This document shows, piece by piece, positions 1-11,231 of a stretch of DNA of 64,000 nucleotides. The stretch's first letter is position 1, and each line of letters opens with the position of its first letter. The notes below the pieces were generated by a model. The model was given only the letters and a program-made list of their open reading frames with translations. It did not search any database and was not told the origin of the DNA. The stretch comes from Phyllosticta citribraziliensis (taxonomy: Eukaryota), in the NCBI RefSeq assembly GCF_038025025.1, contig NW_027117341.1, forward strand, positions 62,001 to 126,000, written 5' to 3'. Made by a program: the position numbers and the translations under genes.

Positions 1-187
1 CCTGTGCATGCGATATTTGTAGGGCGCTTGGCTTCTTGAAATATGAGTCAAGCCTCAACCAGCTTTCGTAGAATGGTCAAAGAAAGAGATGTTGCATGTG
101 TTGATGGAAATCCAGGAGGTAATCCAGTTGAGTCATAAACTCACCATTGTTAAGGTAGTTGGCGCGTGTAAGTCCAGGAGGAGACAT
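1..187 (-). CDS. Possible 5' end of a gene running off the left edge, perhaps a Zn2Cys6 transcription factor (MSPPGLTRANYLNNEAKRPTNIACT...)
   Basis: ATG at 187, donor GTGAGT at 144, branch-like TTGAC and acceptor AG at 35. The spliced product ends in KR..IACT, like the lead-in to a CxxC Zn cluster. Truncated by the window edge. Confidence 0.3.
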
Positions 188-470
188 AGTTGAGTTACCA
201 GTGGACGGTCGTGGTTCGTTCGGCCACCATCATAACTCCCTTGTTCCAAGGATGTTAAACAAGTCATGACTCTGAATTGAGAAAATGTCCTGAAGTCTGG
301 CATTCGCAGTCGACGAATTTGTCGTGACTCGAATAGTCTTACTGGAAAGGTGCAGCATGTGCTGCGTTGATGGGTTGAGATCAAAGTCGAAAGGACCCAT
401 AGTTTTCAGGGTCCGCACACGAACATACATACAATATCCGAATGTTTTGACAAGATGCAATACGACTCTC

Positions 471-1721
471 TCATACGCGCAATTTTCGCGGGCGGCCCGG
501 GCCTCTTTTCACGACTGAAGCTGCAGGCGGCGATTCGTCGTCTTCTTCGGCCTCCCGTCGCCCATCTTCCTGAACCTCGTCAACAAGTTCTTCATTCTCC
601 ATCTCGACGTCCGGCTGCGCATCCTTCTTCTTGCGACCACCGCGCCGGGCAGGTTTTGTCGGCTCCTCTTGTTCAAGGTCCAACTCTTCGCCAATGCTGC
701 TTTTCTTTTTCCGGCCTCGTGTCTTTTTGACCTTGAGATCTAGGCCTTCTTGTTCCGCCTTGGCCTGGACAGCCTCCACCAACTCTACCTCGTCCATTTT
801 CAATCCCTCGAGCGCCTCGATATCCTGGGACTTGAGGTATGGCAGAGGCATTCCATCCCAAGTCAGCCCCACGTCCGTCCTGACAGTCTCGCTCTCACCC
901 TTTTTGGCCTTCGCCTTCGCCTTTGTATTGCTCTCGATCGGCGGCGCTGCGCCCCCTTCTACCGTTGGCAGCATGTACCTGACTATGACACCCAGCCCCT
1001 CAAGCCCACGCGCCTGCGCGCTGCGATTCCACAAAAACTGCTCAATGCGGCCATCGTGCTCGATTTTCAGAAACCCCATGGGCCACCGGCTCCGTCCGAG
1101 TGCTTCGATGATCCCTTTTGTTGCGCTGTTTGTTGTTGCCAGTAGCCCCAGAAAGTCTTCCTGTCGCCACTCTGTTGGCGCGCCAGTGAACGCCCCTTCG
1201 AGCTCCCGCACTTTGTCTGGCCCAAGCTTTTTGTTGCTGCATTTGCACTGTAGGAGGACACGAAGGGGCCGGCTCGGTGGTTGGATTCGGGTTGTCGAGT
1301 CCGCAGCATCTGAGCTAGCAGCGGTATTCGTCTCGGATGGTGCCCGAGTGTTCGCGGACCACGGCACGGGGACTGGCAGCGTCCATGAGCCGAGCAGGTC
1401 GATACCATAGTCGCGAGCACGTCCTGTGCGTGTCAACTTGAAGCCGAGGCGCGCGAGCGTAGTGGCCACGGTGTATTCGTAGTGCGTGCCGACATAGACG
1501 GAAGCTTTGGAAGAGAGGTCGACGCGTTCGGCGTAAGCCAAGAAGGATGGCAGGTCATGGTGGTTTTCAGAGCCAGGGGCGATCCTTGACTCGGAAAGGT
1601 CGAGAGTTTCGCTCGATTTACGCGATTTACGCGTCGAAATGGTCGTGCTAAACGCGGCGTGGTGCCATTGATGGAGGGCTGGTACGATGCTCCGGAGGGG
1701 ACGGCGGAGCAAAGAGGTCAT
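471..1721 (-). CDS. RRG7: DUF2034 / Required for respiratory growth protein 7-like (restriction-endonuclease-like fold), with a C-terminal AT-hook
   Basis: 416-aa single-exon ORF. Arg/Ser-rich mitochondrial presequence-like N-terminus; motifs GTHYEY, LTRTG..DYGIDLLGSW, VLLQCK, VRELEG, QFLWN; ends in KRGPGRPRK. Confidence 0.8.
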   Translation of the reverse strand: MTSLLRRPLRSIVPALHQWHHAAFSTTISTRKSRKSSETLDLSESRIAPGSENHHDLPSFLAYAERVDLSSKASVYVGTHYEYTVATTLARLGFKLTRTGRARDYGIDLLGSWTLPVPVPWSANTRAPSETNTAASSDAADSTTRIQPPSRPLRVLLQCKCSNKKLGPDKVRELEGAFTGAPTEWRQEDFLGLLATTNSATKGIIEALGRSRWPMGFLKIEHDGRIEQFLWNRSAQARGLEGLGVIVRYMLPTVEGGAAPPIESNTKAKAKAKKGESETVRTDVGLTWDGMPLPYLKSQDIEALEGLKMDEVELVEAVQAKAEQEGLDLKVKKTRGRKKKSSIGEELDLEQEEPTKPARRGGRKKKDAQPDVEMENEELVDEVQEDGRREAEEDDESPPAASVVKRGPGRPRKLRV

Positions 1722-2068
1722 GGCACGGGTATTGCAGCGTAATCGGAAGACGGAAAGGCGTGAAATATGTTCATTGCTGAGATTGAGGCGCGAAAGAGAG
1801 CATATTCAAGAGCTCGAAGTGCCAATGGCTTGGTGTCGTCGTTGAAAGAGATTTTGGTTTCTGTTTCGGGGGTGTAGTTGCGGCCGGCAGAGCTTCGGCT
1901 GAACAGCCCTGTCAACGAGCTCACCCCGGCCCTACCCTCCCTCCCACCGCACCAGTTCATCACCGTCAACACCATCTTTTCTACCAGGTCAAGATTCGAC
2001 CTTGACTGACTCCTACTCCCGGCTAGTCCGCGTCATCTGCTCCTCCGACCCCTTGTTCGTGCGCCATC

Positions 2069-2639
2069 ATGACCGACATACTCACCCAACTCCAAGACGC
2101 CCTCGACATTGTACGCGCCTCTACAAAGCCTACCTCTTCCTCACTTGCTGATGCCTCTCCAGCTCCTTCAACAATTCTACGCGGGCCTCAGGTATACAAA
2201 CGACCGCCATCCGTCCGTCTACATTCCCGGCCAGCCACACGATGCGAATCGCGAGGCAAGCGCCAAAGAAGCAGAAAACGGGCCCGGCGCCAACGCGACC
2301 TCGCAACAATCGCCCCCAGCCACGACTGCAAACAATGCTCAGGCAGCAGGCGGTATCTCTGGTGAAACATCAGCACCGCGCTCTCCTTCGCCAGACCCCG
2401 ACTTCGCCGCGACCCAGCACGAGATTGCATCTGATATTGTTTTGAACATGGCGCGGATACAGGCGTTGATTGAGCGCTTGCCCGGAATTGGGCTCAGCGA
2501 AAAGGACCAACTAGAAAGAATGAAGGAGCTGGATCAGCTGCTCAGAGAAGAGGACGAGAGTTTGTTGGAGGCGAAGAAGGAAAAGGAAAGGCTGAGACAG
2601 TTGCTGGATGAAAGGATCTTGAGAGTCCGCAGGCCTTGA
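2069..2639 (+). CDS. MED21: Mediator of RNA polymerase II transcription subunit 21 (Srb7)
   Basis: Exons 2069-2110 and 2163-2639 (intron GTACGC..GCTGAT..CCAG). MTDILTQLQDALD N-terminus, LIERLPGI..SEKDQ motif and C-terminal coiled coil. Confidence 0.88.
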
Positions 2640-3938
2640 AGTCGTTGGCAAAGCAGCCAGCTTTGGGCAAATGCTCAGAACTCAGGCATCCACTCTTGCG
2701 TACGGCTTCACGGCTTATGAACGCCAGCAACTGGAACCCACTCCAAGCCTGGCACCGACGAAATGGGAGCCATCGACCAATTGGCATGAGCTCGTCGCCG
2801 ACCCACCGAGCTCTATCTAATCAATCATCGTAGAGCTCTGGCACCTTCAAGGTGTTCAACCATTGGACGCACAGACCATGCGCAAGGTCCTGATGTCGTC
2901 CACAACCTCGCCTGAGATCTCAATTTCATCCCCTCACAATTTCCCTCTCCGCAACATTTGTCCGCCGCCGCGTCATTGCATCACTGGTCAAGGGAAACCG
3001 CCGTTCGGTGATTGCTGAATGCGCAAGGAGTCGCCGAAAACCCTACAAAACTCTTCAAGACAGATCTGGCGACGCCGACCTCGGCCGCTATCGCGCCGCG
3101 AGTGTGGATGCGGCGCGATGCGATGAAGAAGGTCAACTTTCCAAAAAAGGATCCCCTTTTTCTCCCTTTCTGAAATGGAACTCCTTTTGCGAGCCGGTGC
3201 TTGCTGAAATGCAACGGGCGCGAGCTTGAGCTACTTTTACTCCACGTGGTTGAACCTGTGTCTGTTGTTGGCTTTTGTGGGGATGTTGAGGTTCCTCCAA
3301 CTCGGTTGCCGCTCGGGTGTCTCTACGGCTTTTTTGCGCCATCCCCTGACGATCACTTTGCACGTGTCGGCAGTGCTCTGTATAGAGTTTCACGTCTGAT
3401 ATATCGATCTTCGTCTTCTCTGAAAGCGAGTCCCTATGACGACCTTGTCGACCGTTCAAGTTGCGGATTCGACAGCCTTGACTGGAGGGACATGCCGTGC
3501 GGCGAAAGAACCCCAAGGCCAGAAACAGCTCCATTATCAATTCTATGCGTTGCCATCTGCGAATGAGATTCTATCCGATAAGCAGATCTGGCCTTGGTGG
3601 GAGCTTCTCGCTTGGCCTTTCAGCGGCCAAACTTCTTTTGGTGCCCATCACCACTTTCACCCGCCAATCCAATAGCTTGGTACGGCTGATCTGCGTTGGG
3701 GAGCGCCCTTTCCTTCGACAAGGGGCATGGTCCCTAGCAGAAGCTGACCACTTATCAAGAGCGAAACTCGGACCGTGGACAGACGAAGATGTCATGTACC
3801 TGACATGGTGGGGAGATTGGGGCCATGTATATATTGTATTGAGCGCCTCGATGATCAGAGTCCAGGGCCATAGACCTTCCACCCCCGACAACAGCTCCAC
3901 AGTCCCGGGTGACTTGATCCAACGCGGGGTTCGACAAG

Positions 3939-5292
3939 ATGAAGACCTCTACTGTTTTTGCGCTCAACCTCCTCGCCGGTGTCCTTGCCGCGCCTACCCC
4001 GTCCACCGAAGCTACCAAGGAATTTGATGTCCTTATTGCGCCTGGAGCTGATATCCCAACTCTTTTGACTTCCATCAACCTGCAACTGAATCTTGATGAC
4101 ATCTTTGCAACTTTCAACAACTCCATTTTCCACGGCTTCAGTGGACCAATTACTAGCCAAGGAGCAGAGTCTTTGGCAGGGCTGGACCAAGTTTTGGCCA
4201 TCAGCGAGGTCGTTCCCATCCACGCAAATGACGTCCGATCGAGTGCACCCTGGGGCCTGCAGCGCATCTCTCAGTCAGGGGCCGTGGATCAGAGTGGAAA
4301 GTCTGCCACAGACAGGAGCTACACGTATGTTTGATCAATACCGGGAGACGACCAATGGCTAACGCGCTTCAAGGTACACTTACTCTGATTCAAATCTGGG
4401 AAGCGGTGTGGACGTCTATGTCCTCGACACTGGCATTCTGACTTCGCACACTGAGTTTGGTGGACGTGCGTCCATGGGGTATGTTGAATTCCGCTTTGGA
4501 CTATGCAACAAAAGCTGACCTGCTGATAGCTACTCCTACTTCCCGTCTGACGCAGACGGCAATGGCCACGGTACACACTGCGCAGGTGTCATCGGCGGCT
4601 CCACTGTTGGCATCGCTTCGAAAGCCAACATTATCGGCGTCAAGATTCTCCAGGACAGTGGATCTGGCTCTTCATCTGGTCTTCTCGCTGGTCTTGACTA
4701 CGTCTCCGGAAAGGTTTCATCCGGGTCCAGCGTCGGTTCCATCATCAACATGTCTCTTGCTTTCAGTGGAACGTCCACAGCTGTCGAGACTGCGCTCAAG
4801 AAGCTCATGGCTGCAGGTGTCCACGCAGTCGTAAGTCAATTCTTGATTTCCTTTCGTATCTTGGACCCTCTCCTAATATATCACCAGGGCGCCTCTGGAA
4901 ACAACGCCGGCGACGCTTGCACATACAGCCCTGCCAACATGGGCGGCGATAACACGGCCCTGAACACAGTCGGCGCCATGAACATCGGCGACTCCATCTC
5001 CTCCTTCTCCAACACCGGCTCCTGCGTCGACTTTTACGCCCCCGGTGAAGCCGTCGTATCCTCCTACAACAACGGCGACGACGCGTACGTCATCATGTCA
5101 GGAACATCGATGGCAACGCCGCACGTCGCGGGTCTGATTGCGTACTACCTGGCCGAGGACAGCAGCCTGAAGGCACCGGCGGACATGAAGGCTTTCTTGA
5201 AGAAGAAGGCTGCCAGTGGGCTGGGCACAGGCGATGACAAGACGTACGTTGCGGGAGGCGAGCTGCTGATTGCGAATAATGGTGGCAACTGA
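3939..5292 (+). CDS. Secreted subtilisin-like serine protease (S8, proteinase K family) with I9-type propeptide
   Basis: Signal peptide; APWGLQRIS; catalytic motifs VYVLDTG, GNGHGTHCAG, SGTSMATPHVAG. Introns 4325-4373, 4479-4529, 4831-4887. Confidence 0.93.
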
Positions 5293-6425
5293 GGTGATTT
5301 TGATACCCGGATTGTAATGGATAATGAAATGCAGCATCTCGCGGAGACCCAGTTGTGTTGAAAAGACATGCCACCTCCTGGAACCATGGCTGCATCCAGC
5401 GAGCATTCCTTCACTACCACAAGTGTGCTTTTGAGACCATCAACCGAGGAAGCTCACGCAGTCCTGCGCAGAATGACGGCAAATGAAACGACATTGTCGT
5501 GAAGCGTGGCCAAGTCGCCCGACGGCTCGCCCCAGCCCTTGAGCTTGAGCAATTCCGCCGTGGTTTTTTCATGCCGTTCCTCACATTGAACACCTTCCTG
5601 TTCAATCGTTCGTCAACCTCGAGGTTGGAGTCGTACGCGACGAAGTGCCTCAGCTAGACAAGATTGACTTCGCATGTCTTCGTCTTGATATACATCTTGT
5701 TCGTGTTACAAGATCGAATGCTCGGCTCATGGCAGCTTTGGGCACGTGTTATCCCTAGCACAATCGAGATGCATCTTCGGCTCCACACGCTAAAGCATCG
5801 CTCGGAGATACGATCATCTTTCGACCGGCCGGGGTCCCATTCGCAGCTTCCCATTGCGATTTGCGGCCATCCAGGTATTCAACAACGGGTTCCATGATGC
5901 GCGCCGGAGGGTGGACCCAATCTAGCTTCCGAGATGCGACTTTGTCCTAATGTTCTGCTCCAGTGCTCGTCTTCGCAATATGCACAAGATTGCGGACCGC
6001 ATGTTGCTTTTGCCGACTCCATTCCGAGGTCTAGTGGCAAATGTGGAGCATAACGCAAGGTTTCATTCACGTCAATATGTCGTGGGCAGAGAAAATCCAA
6101 GCGCCTCAGTCGTCCACTAGCACAGAATATTTGGCCCCTAGTGCGAAAAGCCATGAGGAGTATCAACCTCCTCTCATTCACAGAGTCAACTGTCCTCGAC
6201 TGGGATCTTAAGGGTCTGGCTGCGCTCCACAACTGCATCTCCACCTCTTCTAATAGTCGTCGATCAACATGCCTGACCGCTCAAAAGCCCCACAACAGAT
6301 TTTTGTACTCACGTAAACAGTCTGCCGTCTTGTATAGGAGACGCGCTCCGCCTCCGCGCTCACCTGAATCATCCCACCCACGTCCAGTGCCGTCAGATTC
6401 GTTCGCATGAACGCCGGACCTCAAC

Positions 6426-9400
6426 ATGTCGAGTGAGCGGGAGGTGATGCGGCAGCATCACTCCAAAGTCGGGAGATTCTTCCGGGACCTCGTTCATCAT
6501 GAATGCAAGCATGTGCGACACTACCGAGAGCAGAGCGACAGCGAACTGGAAATCGCAAGCGTGAACAGCCATGGTCAGCAAGGCGAGAGTTTCCACGCAC
6601 AGCATACCGTCAAAGGACAGACCAAGCTGCATCGGAACCTGGGCTCCTCGGCGAACTCCGAAATCGACAAAGAAAGGAATTCTGTTATCGACGAGCAACA
6701 TGACGCTGCCACCGACAAAGAAAAGGAAGCTATCGTCAAGAATGAAAAACACCCAAAGAAGGCGAACCTCCAGCAAAATCTCTGGGACCAAGCATACAAA
6801 AGATTGAAAAAGTCTCATTCGGGCCCGGTTGCCAAATTTGAAAAGATTGTTTTGGATGAGTCTCGCGCAGAGGGTGAGTGTGCCACTACTGGGTTCCAGA
6901 TTGATCTACTAACGTGGACAACTCCAGGTCAAAGTACCGAAGCAGAGCCAGATGGTCCTCCTTCAGCGCCTGCAGACATAAACGCTCAACTTGGTTGCGT
7001 GATTAACTGTAAGCTCAAGGAGCTGGGACACCTGAAATGGCAAGACGGGCTTCCCGAAGGAGTCGGAAAGGCCATCAAGGTCGCTCAAACAGTATCTGAT
7101 ATCGTCGCTAAAGCGGTCGAAAAATCTTCGGAAGCCTCCCTTGCATGGTCTGCCATTACACTCTGCCTACCTCTCATGGTCAATCTTGGGGAGTCAGCAG
7201 CAGCTCACCGCAATGGCCTTGCTTACATTGCTGCTCGAATGGAATATTTTGCGGCTCTGGGAAGGAAGTTCTCGGAGTGCAAGACGTCGGAACCAGAAAA
7301 GCTGGACGGAAGCCTTCTTGAGTTGTACATCCTAGAGTTATACTCTGATGTTTTGGCGTTCCAGCTTATCAGTGTTTCGCGGCTGTATGGGTATGTATTA
7401 CCATTGTTTGCGCTGATCCAGTTAGATGGTGCGCTCATATCACGTCACCAGAAACAAATTCGCCACCGCCGCCCGAGACATTACTGGTTGGGACGACTGG
7501 GCCGCCAAGCTCTCATCAATTCAGGAGAAAGAGACCAAAGTACGCACCGAAGCCGACGATCTTGAATGGGACTTGTCGCGCGAACACCTCAGCAGGATCA
7601 ACGAGAAGCTGGATGACTACTTGACCCAACTTCTGAACATAGGGCAACAACAACTAGAGACCTTGAAACAGCTCCAAAGTACTACGACCCAAAATCTTCG
7701 AGTCGTGTTGACAAAAGAAGAACGCGAATGCCTCAGCACGTTTTCCCAGGTCGAATACGAACGATACAAGTCCGCAGTACCCGACCGGATTCCCGGAACT
7801 TGTGAGTGGTTCATCGATGATCCTTTGCTTCAAGACTGGTTGGACAGGAAGTCAAGTGTCTTGTTGATCTCTGCCGGTCCGGGTTGCGGTAAATCTGTGC
7901 TCACGAGGTATTTGATTGAGTGGGTACTTCCAACCAGGGCGGAGGGGGCGAGAATATGCTATTTCTTTTTCAGAGATGGCCAAAAAGAGACAATGAACTT
8001 AGCCAGCGCCCTTTGCGCACTCATACATCAGCTCCTCACCGCTGAGAAGCACCTCATAGGCCACGCCATGGAGCCGTTCAACAGCAAGGGTGGAAATCTT
8101 GCGACGCATTTCACGACACTCTGGGATATTATTGAGAAAGCTACTTCGGACGATCGGTCTGAAGATGTCATCATCGTGTTGGATGCTCTTGACGAATGCT
8201 CCACTGACGATCGCAATGAGCTACTGAGGCTCTTATCGAAGCATTTCTGGAGCTCGAAAACCTCGTCTCGCCTACGGTTTCTTTGCACCACCCGTCCTCA
8301 ACCTAGTATCATCTCGAGGTTCGACTTTCCGTTTAGTTCGCAGATCAAGTATGATGAATCAGACAAAATTGGAGAGGATGTCGAGCTCGTGATTCAGCAC
8401 AGGGTCCAGGTAAGTAAGCTTTCGAAAAAACAATGTTTGCTCGAGTACTGATCGCCTATTCAAAGAGCTTGAAACTAGGGGACGATCTTTCCAATCATCT
8501 CGAAAGCCGACTGTTGGAGGTGCAAAACCGGACTTACCTATGGGTGCACCTTATCTTTGACTTTCTGGACCCACAATCAGACCAAAACATCGGGTCATTT
8601 AAACGAACCAAATCCGGCATCAACGAATGCTTAGAAGCTCTCCCAAAAACAGTCGAGGATGCATACGATAAGCTGCTCCTCAATCCGCCAGAACCGCGCC
8701 AGCTTCGTCGAGCGTTATGTATTATTCTCGCTGCCCAGAGACCATTCACCGTTTCTGAGATGAACATCGCCATGGAAATGGAAGAGAACAAGACGTGTTT
8801 TGAATTTGAAGATGATGAGAGTTTTGAAAAGCGCCTACAAAGCTGGAGCGGTCTATTCATCTCTATCATTGGTAAAAAGGTGTACCTGCTTCACCAGACG
8901 GCCCGAGAATTTCTGCTCAGGAAGAAAGGACAAGAACCAGGTTCAAAGTGGCATCACTCCATAAGTAGAGAGGAGGCAAATCTTGTCCTTGCTGAGACCA
9001 TTACCACATACATCACAAGTTCAGGAAGTTCCGACGACTTGAGGTCGACCGAAGGGACGCAGCATTGGCCATCCGGGAGGCTGCCGCTCCAGGGTTATAT
9101 TGTCCAGAATTTCCGACGCCATTTCCAGCCATATGTGTGGCAAAATATCTCTCAATCCAGCGAGGCTAGGGCCACATTCCAAGACCTTTCAAATCGAATC
9201 TATGACAAAGTATTGCCAAGCCTCCCTGCAGAGCTTCTACTCAAGACCGGCAAGAAAAACTTTTCTGAACTAGAAGAGAAAGACAGAATCGACCTCTGCC
9301 TTCTAGCTTTAGAATACTTCTTCAACTACGGAGACATCAGGTCAAAATCTCCAGAAGAAGCATACGACGACTTCCAGAAAACTGCAAGTTTTCAGAGATT

Positions 9401-9449
9401 GCGGCTCAAATTACAATCCTACTTACGCAAGCGCAAAGCCCGCCGCTAA
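6426..9449 (+). CDS. Fungal NLR-like STAND protein: NWD-type N-terminal helical domain, NACHT and winged helix, with no C-terminal repeats
   Basis: LWDQAY motif, RIPGTCEWF, Walker A SAGPGCGKS, CYFFF, Walker B IIVLDALDEC, TTRP, TYLWVHL, LP.TVEDAYDKLL, LLHQTAREFL. Introns 6874-6927, 7391-7451 and 8410-8465 join three listed ORFs in frame. Confidence 0.88.
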
Positions 9450-11231
9450 GCCTTGCGCGAAGTCGATGAGACATTCGCAGAAAAGGTCCACCAGCCCGAG
9501 TCACGACATTCCGCCTTGCTTTGATAGGTTCTCCTTGTTAGAAAAATCTGAAATCCTGTTCACTGACGATGTGACGCGCTCGCCCTTAATACTCATCTCA
9601 AGCAGCTCTATGTACCCTATACTGTAGAAAAGGAAAAGAGTAGATTGCCAAGTAGCATCAATAAGGACCAGGAATGGTCGGCGCCACGATGTACGGGAGG
9701 TTGGAGCGCACAATTTACAAAAAAGTATCGTACCCAAGACGAGGACGAATTGAGTCCGGTTCAACTAGATCCACTCCGGTTCAATTCACTCTCAAGACAA
9801 ACAGCAATGAATGCATGGTTCGATGCGAAAATGCAAGAGCAGCTAGCCTGCTATCCCGACACCCCAGACCTTTTTGAAATGTTGGGTCCTCGTTCAGCAG
9901 CCAATTATACCCGCCCCGTCAACAGAACCAAAAAGATGTCGATGAAAAACTCAAAAGACTGGCTTACACTGTCTACGAAGTCTACGACACTGGTCTTTCT
10001 CTCACGCCCGATGCTGCATTTCCCCACAAATCTTCGAGTCCCTATTGTTGCCGCAAGAGAGCCACTGGCGCTCTCGAAGTTCAATGTATCGCTTCAAAAT
10101 ATTGTGCCGGATTCATACTGCATTTTGGGCGCGAGCTGCGCAGGATGCTCTTTTGTTGGCGTACTCGTTGGCGTTGCTGGAGGACTTATCGGTAGCAAAG
10201 AACCAGGGAGCTTCTTCCGCAGAAGACCTCCCAAATTATACACACAACTCAGCTCTTCAAGGAAGTCGAGAAAGACTGACCGAAGAGGCTCCTGCAATCA
10301 ATCCTTGGCCGTGTTGAAGAGGGAGATGGTGTTCGTCGCCTGTCCTCCGTTTGTGTTTAGCCACCGTGAGGCTGGCGGTGGCGGTGCGCTGTAGCTGTGG
10401 CTGTGGCTGTGAGCCGAGGCCCAGGCGACTGCCGAAGTGGTGGCCATCTCTGGACCTCAAGACTTGCTTGTCCTGCGTTTGTGGGAGCCACCATTTTCGC
10501 CCAGCCATCAGCTTGTTTGTCGTTTCGGAGTTTGCCCTTGAACTTGAAGTGGTAGCCCGGCTCATCGTTTAAGCAGCGTTATCGGCGTCAGCTTGTGGGC
10601 TTGGGAAAGGACACCAGCGGAATCCTCCATCATCGCCTACGACACCTTCGACGCCTGGGTCCATGGAAGACTGTTCGAAGCCCGTCAGCGACATGGTCAG
10701 CATCTCGATGAGGTGAAGTCTCCAGTCTGTGGCATCCAAGACAACCCGATCCGGAGAAAAGCTTGTCTTTGTCTTGCATCGGTCGCAGAGACATTCCGTC
10801 CAAGAGAGCGAGATTCCATGGAAACACTGATGGCTTGAAGTTGCTGGAGGCGGCGTCCTAGAGCTCATCCAGTAGAGTGGCCGCTGAGTGGCAAGCATCT
10901 AGACGGTTCGTGGGGTTAGCGACAAGACACGGCTCAGCCGGCGGCGCCTTGACTTTTGGGAGGTGTGCGAGGCAGAGCCTCGAGATCAGCGCTGCATCCG
11001 GCTCCGCGCGACGAGTCAACCACTCGAGAAATACTTTTGAAGAACTACTTGGTTCTCTCCCTGGCCCGGCACATGCAGCGCAGCGCCGCCTTCGGGTCGC
11101 GCCGGTCATCCCCGTTTCCTGCTTAAGCCATCGGCCCGTGACGCCCAGCGCCCGCAAACTCGAGCAGAGTCCCCCCAGGCCCAGGTCCAGTCACGTCTCC
11201 ATCCTCGCCGCAAGCCCCGCCGCTCCTCCCC

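Noticed and set aside
2900..3900. Short overlapping ORFs or a possible ncRNA between MED21 and the subtilisin
   Set aside because: No motif, splice pattern or RNA-family signature recognised.
6426..6780. N-terminal amyloid signalling motif on the NLR
   Set aside because: No N/Q/G-rich HET-s, sigma or PP-like pattern, and no adjacent effector with a matching motif.
3939..9449. Subtilisin next to an NLR-like gene, as a het-Q/gasdermin-type cell-death cluster
   Set aside because: The protease has a signal peptide and I9 propeptide (ordinary secreted proteinase K type), and no gasdermin-like, HeLo or HET gene is recognisable nearby.
9500..11200. ORFs 9645-10394 (+), 10257-10565 (-) and neighbours
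   Set aside because: No coherent spliced model or domain. They may be gene remnants, but I cannot support a call.
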